From: Lingula anatina
Taxonomy: Eukaryota > Animalia > Brachiopoda
Direction: 5' to 3'
Length of the DNA stretch: 64,000 nucleotides
NCBI GenBank assembly: GCA_051362555.1
Contig: CM120641.1
Span: forward strand, 20,274,001 to 20,338,000
Of the stretch, positions 12,201 to 23,700 are shown one piece after another. Position numbers and translations under genes: made by a program. How positions within the stretch are numbered: position 1 is the first letter of the stretch; the number at the start of each line of letters is the position of its first letter. The notes beneath the pieces are model-generated. The model was given only the letters and a program-made list of their open reading frames with translations, was not told the DNA's origin and did no database searches.

Positions 12201-15200
12201 ACCCTCAGCCAAGCAGAAAAATTGAGCAACTTAGCAGGAATGTGTGTTATACTGTAACTGCACGAGAGGCCTCTACATTGCGAGCAAGGCTTGTATAGCT
12301 CACCCCATTCTACTATCCCAGAGAGATACGAGGCATATACTCTTCCTTTGGGGATGTTCTGCTTGTACGTGCACAAAGCAACCGAAGCCAAGACCCTTTA
12401 ATTATACAGCTCACTGAAGCTGCGGTAATGTTTTTCTGAGGGCTAAACACTGCAAGGTGATCTCTGCCAAAACCGCAAATGTCAGAGACATTCCATGAAA
12501 ACACTGCACTTAAGCAATCCATGTGTCTTGAAGAGAACAGTTTCTATATCCTTTGCCGTATTGCTCAATGGATTGGTTGAGTCCTCGTGGAATTCATTGT
12601 AATGCTTTTTTTCCGAAATCATTAATGATCTGCATTAATTCAATGGCAATCGTGGTACCCCTTAGTGAAAAAATATCACACTACATGAGATAAAAGTACT
12701 GTTATCAATAGTTTATTATTTGTTAATGAAGAGGTCTCATTTATAGCCCGTTTGCAGTAACTGACAGCGACCTTCTCTCGCTGATAATTATTCGCGCTTA
12801 CTTAACAAGGTCGGAAGGAAAAATATACGCACTGCATATTTGAAATAGACTCACATTGCTTCGTAGTACTACTCTAACGTAATTCCAGGTAAGTGAAACT
12901 AAATCTGCAGAGAACACATCATGACTGCTTCTCATTTTTCTCCCGCACTTCCTTAAAAAGCGCGGCACTGGAAATGACTTGCAGATCACTGATCAAAGAA
13001 GAAATACACACATTCATCTGAAGTGCACAAGATGCTTTCCAAGTCCTCCACTTAAAAAATATGCATTAACAGCCGATATTTCAGTAGGAAACTCTGCCCT
13101 TCCTGCTCCCATTAAATGCAGCGCACGACACAATGACACAACCGACCACAATGGAGCGGCACAGCCGAATGTGCACGCGCATTGTCTCAAGGCGACCAGG
13201 GCTAGTCGGGTGAGGCACTTCTATTGTCACGGTGCATATTGACGTAGACGTGGCTATTTACACAGTGTCGTTGTACGTGTGATGGATGCCTAAGTGCGGA
13301 CATTCTTTCAAGTCACTTGTCCCGTCCGACGCCTTAAATGATACACACAAGTCATTTTAGGTCACTATATCTTGGTGTATAGCCTTAATAAAATGTGCTG
13401 GCTTTTAAGCTGGGGTAGAATTCATTCAATTTTGGTCGTAGTTTATCTAACAAACCGAGCAAGGCATCACGTACACCTTAAAGAGAGTTACTTTAAAATT
13501 AAATGTCAGCTCATTTCTCCTGAAGGATGTTTGGTGTACTATGCCAGATCTCCAAGTAGATATGCAAAACTAAGTGTTTTAATGCAAAATGTTCAGTTGC
13601 CGTACTACAAAGGGAGGTCCCAAATATTTCCAGTAAAAATTTTAACACATCAATAACAAAGAAATTCATTACGTTTTCTAATCTATATAATCATGAATCG
13701 TTTTCGTTGGTTTTGCAGGGTTTTGAAGAGTCCGTTTTTAGACAATAATATTCAGAGGTTAATGAACGTTTCAGATCCGCACGTACATAAATCAAATTTA
13801 CTTTAGGGCGAGGGGGAAACCAGGTAATGTTTTTAACATACCATTCGGAATCTGGTGATGTTTGCATGCCAGTTTGGTTTAGCTGGGGTTTGGCAGGTAT
13901 TTGGCCCATACCGTACACCGCTGCATGCACCATTTCAAAGGCACTCCACACGTATACATGGCTATGAAAATACCAACTCAACGGAACATCAGTGATGAGA
14001 CTCATTGTGAGATAACGTGTTTAGTATGAATACGATGTCAAAAGCAGAATTAGATGTAAATACATATTTGAAGTTCCTGTGTGCCTATGGGTTTTTCTTT
14101 GTTACTTAAAATCTGGGTTTAAAATACGTCAGTTTTAGTTTTATATGTACACACTCCCTTGGCATAAATGGCTTGATTGTTGGGTTTGGGTGTGAAATTT
14201 TGCGTATCGCTTAACTGTTCTGTCGTTTTCCTTTTTTGAAATGCTTTTTGGTGTAACATAACGAGCAAATGTGCAGAATACGGTTTGCTGTACTCTCGTG
14301 TCTTGGCATTTCAAAGCCTCCCGATAGTTAAAATCATAAGAAATCGAGTCAGTCGGGAAACACGTCTCTGTCCTAAAGTGCCCCCACTTTTAAAGTCTGC
14401 CACATTGCCTCGTCTACATAATAAAACAGATATATCCGTGTACAATCAAACATGCTGCCTCGGCCCTGGTGCCATCCCCACCATAAAAGTTTCCACGTTT
14501 GGTAGTCTGTTGCATCTCTGAGTATTGGTCTGTCGCGGTGACAGTCTGTGTGCCTATAATAAACTGTCCTCGGCGATTATCACATGTCTCGTTGCCTGTT
14601 AATATTATAAAACGCCCATAGTAAATTGAAATCGGGCAAGTTACTCGGCACCCTCCTCTGCCATAAATTGTAGCATATTTGTCTGTCGCTGTGTCGTCTT
14701 TATAATTAACTGTCTTCACCTAAATTATCAAATCTGTCTTCCGTCATGTGGTATCATTACGGTTTCCCAAAGTCTGTCGCATTGCCAATATGCGTTATGA
14801 ACAGTCACTACTCTTAACTGGTCTGCCTTGAAGCCAGCCCATATAAACTGATGTCACCACCTTGCCCTTCGCAGATGTAGCAGTGATGTAAGTTGACTAG
14901 ACTGATAATTTAGGAGGAGGGGGGGGGGTCATTACGAGTCTTTTGCACAACGATCGCTACTACCCTGCGCTATAGTCTGGTAAACGACCCCACCCACATG
15001 GCCCAAAGTACGAACCTCCGGGACACCACACCACAACGCTTGACAGATATTACTTGCCTACTAAGTCTTTCTGGATAAATGGAGCCATTCACAAGCCTGA
15101 TATCGAATATGAGGTCAACTATTTTTAAATTGTGATAAAAAATGCAACCGAATTTTACTATGGTTATGAAGTTAATAAGTGATATGTAACAAAACAATTC

Positions 15201-16452
15201 TCTGGCAAAGAATCACAGGTTCATTAGTTAACTAATTCCCCAATATTTAACACGCCCTGAATTCTCTTAAAGAACAGAATGCAAACCTGCAATTGCATAG
15301 ATTGCTAATACGACTGACTGTATTGTGTATGTACATTTGATTAGTTGAACGTTTGATAGCTTTTAAGATCCTTTGTAAGGTGATAGGCGAAGTACTTTCT
15401 TCAAATGGAGAACCGTGATTCATTCCAATCGGCCATCCGGCCTCACAAAGATATAACTCGTGTTGCGTAATTCCTTGCGCAAAATCAATACGAATGAAGA
15501 TGATATTCCATTAAGCAAAAGCATCAAGTAAAACGGCAGCACTTAGGGCCGTGTTTCATTGAAATTACCTAACGTAATAGCAAGACACAAATCATATTAC
15601 ACGGAATATGACAGCAGATTTCAGAGAACGCGCACATCTTCGTCCTTCCAATGTTTGCGAGACAATCAACAAAAGCAGCCGCTGCAACAACCGCTACTTA
15701 GAAACCTTTAATCAACGCGATCCTCCCATTTACAACTCGACATCAAACAAAATCGGCAAGCTTCTTTGAGATGTTACTAAGGCAACGCGATTGCTTAAGT
15801 GCCCCGTCTATTATTAAAGGCCAAAATCACCTGTCCCTATTTTCCAGGGAAGCGTCTCCACCCAGATGCTACCTATTTTTAGACCAAGGCGGTCCACTTT
15901 TAAGTCCTCTGCGTCTGTCAGAGTTGAGTTGGGTCATGAGTCTGGCGGCAACTCCTCCTCAAAGAAGCAACACAATAGAGGACGCGTTGTTATGACCTAC
16001 GTATTGATTTTAAACAACCTGTATTTTAAGGAACAGTGATTTTCAATAGAATGCGGGTGTCTTCGAAAAGGGATTAATTAAGAGCACGAGTCGGGCACGA
16101 GTCATACTACCCCACGCCTTTTGTATCTATTCCGGTTATAAATTCTAAGCAGGTCTACCATACATACTCCCGTTCTTTCTATTAAGTAATTGTTCGAGTG
16201 TTTTAGTATTATAGTTTTACTTTCCTGAAGTCAATTTTAAACAACAATTAAATCACTTTCGTTCAGCTATTCCCCAAATCTGTAGGGCCTGAAAAATAAG
16301 AAAACACAAAAGAAGCACCCTCATAAATAAATTCGTCTTGGGGAGCGAAGCATTTATTCAAAATTAGGTTGAAGTCAATCCAAGTTACAAGTACTCGTAT
16401 CATTAAATTCTACAGTAATTGCGGTTTCGGCTTGTTAAACATATCAGATAAC

Positions 16453-16687
16453 AACAGATGGCGGGATTTGGCAGGTGCAACAGATCGCGCGAGAATAAGC
16501 GAGACATTGTGACATCAAAGAATCCCGCCAAAATCAAGAACCTATATAAAGGGGATGGGTATCAACACCGTCAAATTATCTTAAATTGTTTAGTGTCAAA
16601 ATTTTTGCTGGTCTGAAGCTAAAACAGTCAAAAAGACACGTGACGTTAAGACACACCCCACTAAACTTGACAGAAATCCAGGTAAGT
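16453..16687 (+). promoter_or_regulatory. Candidate distal TATA promoter plus non-coding exon (~16575-16681)
   Basis: TATATAAA at 16543-16550. Upstream are E-boxes AACAGATGG (16453) and GGCAGGTG (16470), TCF ACATCAAAG (16512) and E2F-like TCCCGCCAAAA (16523). Downstream is a perfect donor CAG|GTAAGT at 16681/16682. Confidence 0.5.
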
Positions 16688-19659
16688 CAAAACGTTCACA
16701 GTTTTTTAAAGGATCTATCAAAATTGAACTCTGCATTAATGGGTTGGTATCACCTGACAATTTTAAGTTCAAGTAACCGAGTTGCAGTAGTAAGTGACAA
16801 ACGTTAACGCGTCAGTCAGGGGACGGAAGTCGTATAACCCAAAGCCGAGAATCGGAATTGTGTCGTTTATTTGAAAATCGATGATATCAGGAGAGACGAC
16901 AGCTGCCATGCAGCACCACCTGGTCGGCCGAACATAAACTCCGCTTCTACTGCTACGGATTACTGGAAGATCACGTTGCTTTGATAATAGGGTCCAATTC
17001 GGTTTTTCTTCAAAACAAAATCACAGTCGCTGGCGCTCAGATTGTCAGGTGAAGCCGGTGGAAACGGCGTCAGCTGGTTAAGCAAATTGAGCGAAACAAC
17101 AAAAATAATGCGACAGCACGCGTTATAGAGAGGAGTCGCGTGCGCGTCTGAGAGCGTATGATTAACTTTGTTAATTAGTGGCGTGATAATTGAAATGTGG
17201 CAGCAAGATTAAATTAATTTCATGTCAAATGGTGGATTTAAAACCAAACAATATGCCATGACGTACCTTTTAACGCCCCCAAAGTAACACATGGTCCTAA
17301 TCACTTATCTAGGTTCAAATAACACCCACGACAGATGCAGCAGCATTGTTCTAAAGAAGTGATTTAGTTCCTCACAAAAACCTGTCCAAAATATTATCTT
17401 TCTTGAATTTATAAGTGAGTCTTTCTCTCTACCTAGCAGATGTGACAAAAGTAGGCAACGGGTAATAAAAGGGAGAGAGAAAATAAATTTTCACCCCCGT
17501 TGTTCTTCAGTGGGGATTTGGAGGAGGTGGCACACAGAGTCGTGACCATACCAAGTCCTCCTTAAATCTAAGATTCACGCTGAGTGTTTTCGCCTCGGAA
17601 ACAACTTTTTGCTCTCACTTGACACTCTGTCGCCTGATTGTGTATTAAGAATATCAATGGAGGCACACATATGGAGTTAATGAAGTTACAGTATGATTAA
17701 AAAATATCAGCATCTAACCAACAAGTAGCCAATTGCAAATGCATCTACTAAAAATCAATCGCCTTCGGTTAACTCCATTTTCGACTAGAATTCTGTAAAT
17801 CGACAAGGCAAAATTTAATCACTGCAGCCATCTTCTACAATTTTAGGCATAATTAAAATGTTGGTTTGCCCTCATAGACCGCTGTTTTAACTACAGTAAA
17901 TAGCACTTAACCGCAATGTGTTGCAGTTTGTGTGCGAAAAAGTTATGACCACCTTTCGCTTAAATACCACTCATTTGTATTCGCAGTGTATAGCACGTAT
18001 TTTTAAACTTGTGCATTGAAATAGCTTCACTCGACAATCAGCACATATTGGCACAGTTGGTCGCGAGGTACTCCTTCATTTAGTAAATAAACCTGACCCT
18101 TATATTTTGGACACCTATATGTTAATCGCCTTCTGTTGTATAAGGGGGGACATGTGCCACGCGCCGGACCATTGTCTGGGCCTGGCTGAACAAACTCAAG
18201 CGGCATGCAGCCATTATGGCAGATGGTCGGGTAGAATAGCTATAATTTGGAGGCGGGGCCATTGGGCACCCCGGTGTGTAACGGCACGCGCCTATCTTCA
18301 CCCCTTCTCGTATTTGCTTAAAGTACTTCCGTTGAATGCATAAAGACAATATTTGCTGAAAGTAGGGTTTGATAGGTAAACCCATGTGTTAGCCCAGCTG
18401 CCACGCGCCGCGTCCTTTTAGTTCGAAAACACCATTTAAGGAACAAAGCAATGTCATACCGCAGCGCGCGTCAGTGATTTGTGTTTCCTTCACATAAATA
18501 ATACAGGGCGCTTCTAAGGTACCAAGAATTTAAACCTCTTCCATAATTCAGCTACTTAAAAAGCAGACGACTTAGTAGTAAACCACATTTACATCACCTG
18601 TCGCATTGTCCCAATGCGCCATTTTGTAAGTGATTAGTGGTCTGCCCATTTAATACAGTTTAATGCTTCCTAGTTTTTTATGACGAACGCGACCTGCGAC
18701 AGCTGTTGAACTTAATTTCGCAATCTATGACTAAAATATGGAAATTACCATCGAGAAAAATTTGCAAAATACGTTTAATTTTCAATTATTCTTTCATTAC
18801 TTTCCACTTATTTTACCTAAGCCAACATCTGTGTGCTAGCAACTGTTGAAGATTTTAGATAATTTTAACATCGCCACTTGCTGGAGTGGCCAGCAGTGAC
18901 CAGTAGCTGGTAATTAATCCTAATTGAGGGACGCTTGTTTCCGACGTCTTTTTATCTCGAACGCATCCTCAGCGTAGTGACTGTGGTTAAGATACACAGA
19001 TAAACTGGTTAAACTGGTCATTTGAGACGCTACTAGTTTGTTATCAAATGTATGCACCACCGTCAGTGTAACGGATACCCCTTGCTGTTCATAGAGTTAG
19101 CTGCCCCTAGGACGTTTTTGTGATCAAGCAAGAAACGCAACCACCGCCACCCTTTTTGTTAAATGTAGTCGTACCTATACTAGATCAGTTAATTGCTATC
19201 TGAGGTTTCTTCGCTTTGCGCTTGAATGGATACACTGGCTGTCTGTCACAACTACCGCAAATATTTCAAAGCACCGCCGAAATCTACAAAGCATCGTCCG
19301 CCATTTACGCACTGTTGATTTACCGTCTGTCTTATCTTATTCGTCACAACCAATTTGTTTCGGTCCCAAAGGTCCCCATAGACACAGGTGTCTTGTCTAC
19401 GGTCCCAACCTGTCGCAAAATACTTGAAAATCACGTTAAGTAACAATATGCTTCATGTCTTTCAACAGAAAAGAATTTAAAATTTAAACTCTCTAATTTA
19501 ATTACAATATTTGGCAGGTTGAACATTAAGAAAAATCAAGTTTCAGCATTTTGATTTAATTACATTATTTGAGTTAATTTTCAATCTGGGGCTTCCCCTG
19601 TAAAAGGAAACTGAGATTTGCTAAAGAGGTCTAAGGCCGATCTAGTTTACTGCACCCAT

Positions 19660-20350
19660 TCACAAGGCACGCGACGCGATGCCCGTATTTGGAAGTTCAT
19701 TTGCATATGTTTACAGAGGCAACAGCGAGGCAGGTGCGAGGACTCGTAAACAGCTGTAATCACAAAGGCGCGCTCCGGAGTAGAACAAAAGGAAATTATT
19801 CTGCGTTGAAGTAGGGCCACGCGCCAAATGGCTTCAATTTTCGCAAAAGAGATCTCGCTTTTTAATCAAATTAAAAGCGTTACAATTTTTCTAAATAACC
19901 GCTTTAGTTCCTCAAAATGGCAGTCTTCTGGACAAGGTGGTCGTTAAGTCTTATCTCTGTGGCAGGTGAATCGTAAATCCCGTTAAAGCAAGCTGTTGCT
20001 TCCTGAGGGACAGACAATCGCGACAGTTGGTGTCTCCTCAGCCCTTTTCTATTGGTCCATTTAACCTCAACCCAACCCCTATGGCAGATGCGCCAAAACT
20101 TAATATATGCTAAAGTCCTATAAATGTTAAACGCATAATAACAGAAAAGTCTCCCCCATCAATGGTCGGATCTTATAACACCTGAAGGGACTTTGACAAG
20201 TTGGATGTGACGTATTGCTTTGTAGTGTATGCGCAGGGGGTCCATTCATAAGCCCCTTTATCGCTGTATGCTAATTTACTGTGTCCGGACTATATAAACC
20301 AGATGCGAGTGTACACACTCTGTCACTCTGTGTGTAAACCGTGCCACGCG
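19660..20350 (+). promoter_or_regulatory. Delta proximal promoter/enhancer
   Basis: TATATAAA at 20291-20298, ~400 bp upstream of the ATG, with Inr-like TCACT at ~20323. ATTGG (CCAAT) at 20051. E-boxes at 19731, 19751, 19963, 20085 and 20179. Octamer ATTTGCAT at 19699. CACGCG sites at 19668, 19818 and 20345. Confidence 0.6.
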
Positions 20351-20693
20351 ACCACGCACGCTCGCTAAGGAATACTACATGAATTATTGAAAGTGAATCA
20401 CTACAACGTCAGAAATTGTTCCATGGGATTTTAAAAGGATTCGATTGGCAGGGAAAGGATATTTAATTCAAAGCAAGCGAAGAAACCTCATAGAAAAGGT
20501 TGATGCGTAGAGTTATAGTAAAACGTGTGGTGTTGATGTCTGTATCATTTTAGCTGGCCGTCAATCAATCGACCAGTGGGCGGAGCCGTTTCATCGAGGT
20601 ACCAAGAGACTGGAAGCGAGGCTGACTACGAGAAAGCCAATATCAAAGCTAGAATCCAAGGGACACAGAATCGTAGGAGGATTTATTGGCATC

Positions 20694-20762
20694 ATGCGGT
20701 CGCTAGTTGCGGTTCGTTTGACCGCAATATGCACCCTCCTTTCGTTTATTATGGTCTCACAG
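20694..20762 (+). CDS. Dl: Delta exon 1 (signal peptide [23 protein letters not shown])
   Basis: ATG in context atcATGc; hydrophobic 23 aa; donor cag|gtaaga, phase 0. Confidence 0.88.
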
Positions 20763-23700
20763 GTAAGAGAATTTTTCGTGATTTTAAAAAATTCTTAGAC
20801 AGTTAAAACTGAAAGTACCCCACGTATGTTACCAGTAATATTTAACTCTACTACGATTAGTATTGATAGGACGCCAATGGTCTAACCGTACGCGTTAACT
20901 ACCAGGTATATATCGGTTATTTTTTTCAGGTATCGTGCTCAGGAGTATTCGAATTGGATCTACTTTCATTTAAAAACCAACAAGGAGTTAATGCTAATAA
21001 TAATTGTTGCAACGGTAGGAAGTTGGCCGGCAGTATGGGACCGTGTAGCCAGAGTTGTCGCACATTTTTCAGGATCTGTTTGAAACATTATCAAGTTCAC
21101 ATAAGTACGGATTCACAGTGCACATTTGGGGAGATTATAACACCAGTACTTGGAAATAATTCGTTTATCCCAAGACATTCGGCAGAGTTCCATAACCCAA
21201 GTAGATTTCCTTTCGACTTTTCGTGGCCGGTAAGATATATACATTTTTGAAAAAACAACTGTTATAACTGATAAACAACGATATCAGCAATAACACGAAT
21301 TGAAGCACATAAGTGTGTTTTTTTTAAAGGTTTATAAGCAATCGCACGTCAAAATTAATATGTAACGTGACCAAAAACATTACCATGATGGAGAACGTGT
21401 TGTATTGAATTGGCAGCATTTTGGCTTAAATTCTGAAACAGTTACGAAAGTCAACTAACAATACGAGTTCAAAGCTGTCGTGTTTGTTAAAGATATAAAT
21501 TATATTGGCATTTTATTATAGATTGTTAGCAAGTTGGTTTACCGATAGTTTATTGGCTTGTCGTCTCTTCCATCCCCGGAGCTAATCTAAACATTTTCAT
21601 AGCTCTTTCTTTTTGAGTAGCTTTTTCCACTACTTCTCGTAATTATCATCGATTCTTGACATGACACAACTATTGGTGATTTCCACAGGGAACCTTCTCA
21701 TTGATCATCGAAGCCTGGCACGACAGCACGTACAACGGACCCCGACCAGGTAAGGAAGCACTAGATTTTTCTAAAAGAAATATTTTGGTTTTGAAAAAAA
21801 TGGAAGTATTTATTTTTAAACTCCTAGAAGTACGAACTAGTCCAGTGTGACGCACATCTCGCCAGAGGTTGCAATGTGTGATATTTCCAAAACAGTAAAC
21901 CTGATCTTGTACTATCTGTACAAGACTCCACGTGCCCTGGTATTAAATCCACACCGATAGAGGAAGAATCACTTTAAAGCCGAAATAACCATTGAACGCG
22001 GCCACCCATATAATCAACTCGCTCCAACATAATGGCACTCGACAATAGACTAGGGTCTCCGTGATCCCAAGTCAGCTGGGAAGACCGCACTTTCCCACAC
22101 TAACGCAGGGACCATTAATTACGGATCTAAAGGCCCTCGCAGTAGTCTTTGCCTAGCCCATTGTTGAAGGCGAGCGTCTTCTTACTCGAGGCCAGCCAGC
22201 TGGTTTGGACGCTGAGAAGCCCCGATAAAGCGCTTATCTGCTCAGCGCTCAGCGGGGACAGCCGAGGTTTTTTTAGCGCATCGCAGTGAGTTTATCAGTT
22301 GCGGGATAAAGGCACTGAAATGCACTTGCCTTGCACCAATGTTAAATGTCAGGTCTAGACTGAACCGTGTAGATGTTTAGACTAAAACCAAATAGAAAAC
22401 TGCTTGGTGTATTAATCAGTTAAAGGAATCCATTCAGGTGTTGTGTTAGACTAACCCCCGGATTCCCTACATCTTAGTCCAAACTTAAAATACGTTAAAG
22501 TACAAGAGCAGAAAGTTACTTGAGCGAGGTGTGTTTTGGAAACACATATATATCAATAATCCATCAGCATCAACCACGCCAGCTGTTGAAAGTACTTGAA
22601 ACATCGTGTTAGTTCATCCAGATAGCTGCTCTGCGCATACAACTTCCACTTCAACTATATTAAAATCTTCCCCAAGTCCTGTTAGGTTGCTATCTTGGTG
22701 CAGTTGGTAATAATTGTACAGCGAGGCGATTAGCGCAATTAAGGAGGGATAGGGAAAGCCATGTTGGCCATCTGGCGTTTTTTCAGCAACACGTGATACA
22801 ATATACCTGGCTTGGCTTGCTCTATATAGAGACATTTTACCTGGGCTAAAAAACTGGTTCAGAAAAAAAGCCAGATGTAAATTGGCCTGTGCAACGATTA
22901 GCAAAATTGCGTATGGGAGTGTTGTGAGTAAATAGCGTGCATTAAGAAACGATGGGAAGGGAGCACTTTCTTTTGTACAGGGTTTACTAGTGTGCCTAGT
23001 GTGTAGTAAACTCGACACTGTAGGATTTCTCTCTCCCACTCTCTCTCGCTGTGATAATGGACAGCGTTCTAAGGGAGTCTGTTCGTGGGACTATGTCAGG
23101 TGCGAGAAACTGCTCTCGAGTGGAGCACTCCATTTTCCCAGACCTGTCCTAGTAAAAGCACACAATTAATGCTCCAGTTTCAAGCACAATCAGATTAACA
23201 CGGTCGTTGAAAAACCTTACATGTAAAAAGAAATGTCCTTTAATCGACCCCCACGTTCTAGGCGGTTTCAGGAGAATTTCCCCTACGTGCATAACTCGGG
23301 CTGTCATTGATTTTCTCCCTAGTTCATACACCTTTCGAAGTCCCAAGCCACGAGACTCCAACACATGTAATTAACAAGAAACACACTAGCTTTCGTGTAA
23401 AATACATATTTGACTTTCATCTCGGCGACAAATACAAGCTATTCTCATTACGGTTTACTGCTATCCAAACTATAGGGATACCCTTAGAATGGCGTCGTTA
23501 AAACTGAATTGCAATTAACGAACATGTCTTAATTTCATATAGTAACAATGAAATGCTACCGGCCTCTGTTGGGCCTATGTGTCGTGTTTATGTGTTTTCT
23601 CTTCACTAGCTAAGCCGACGGTCCCTTTGTTGTACGTATTTGACTTGTAAACATGCCCGTCGTTTATCGGACAGACTACAAAGGTGAATGGGGGTTGATC

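Noticed and set aside
20576-20806. 76-aa ORF overlapping the Delta start
   Set aside because: GTG start, out of frame with Delta exon 1, and runs into intron 1.
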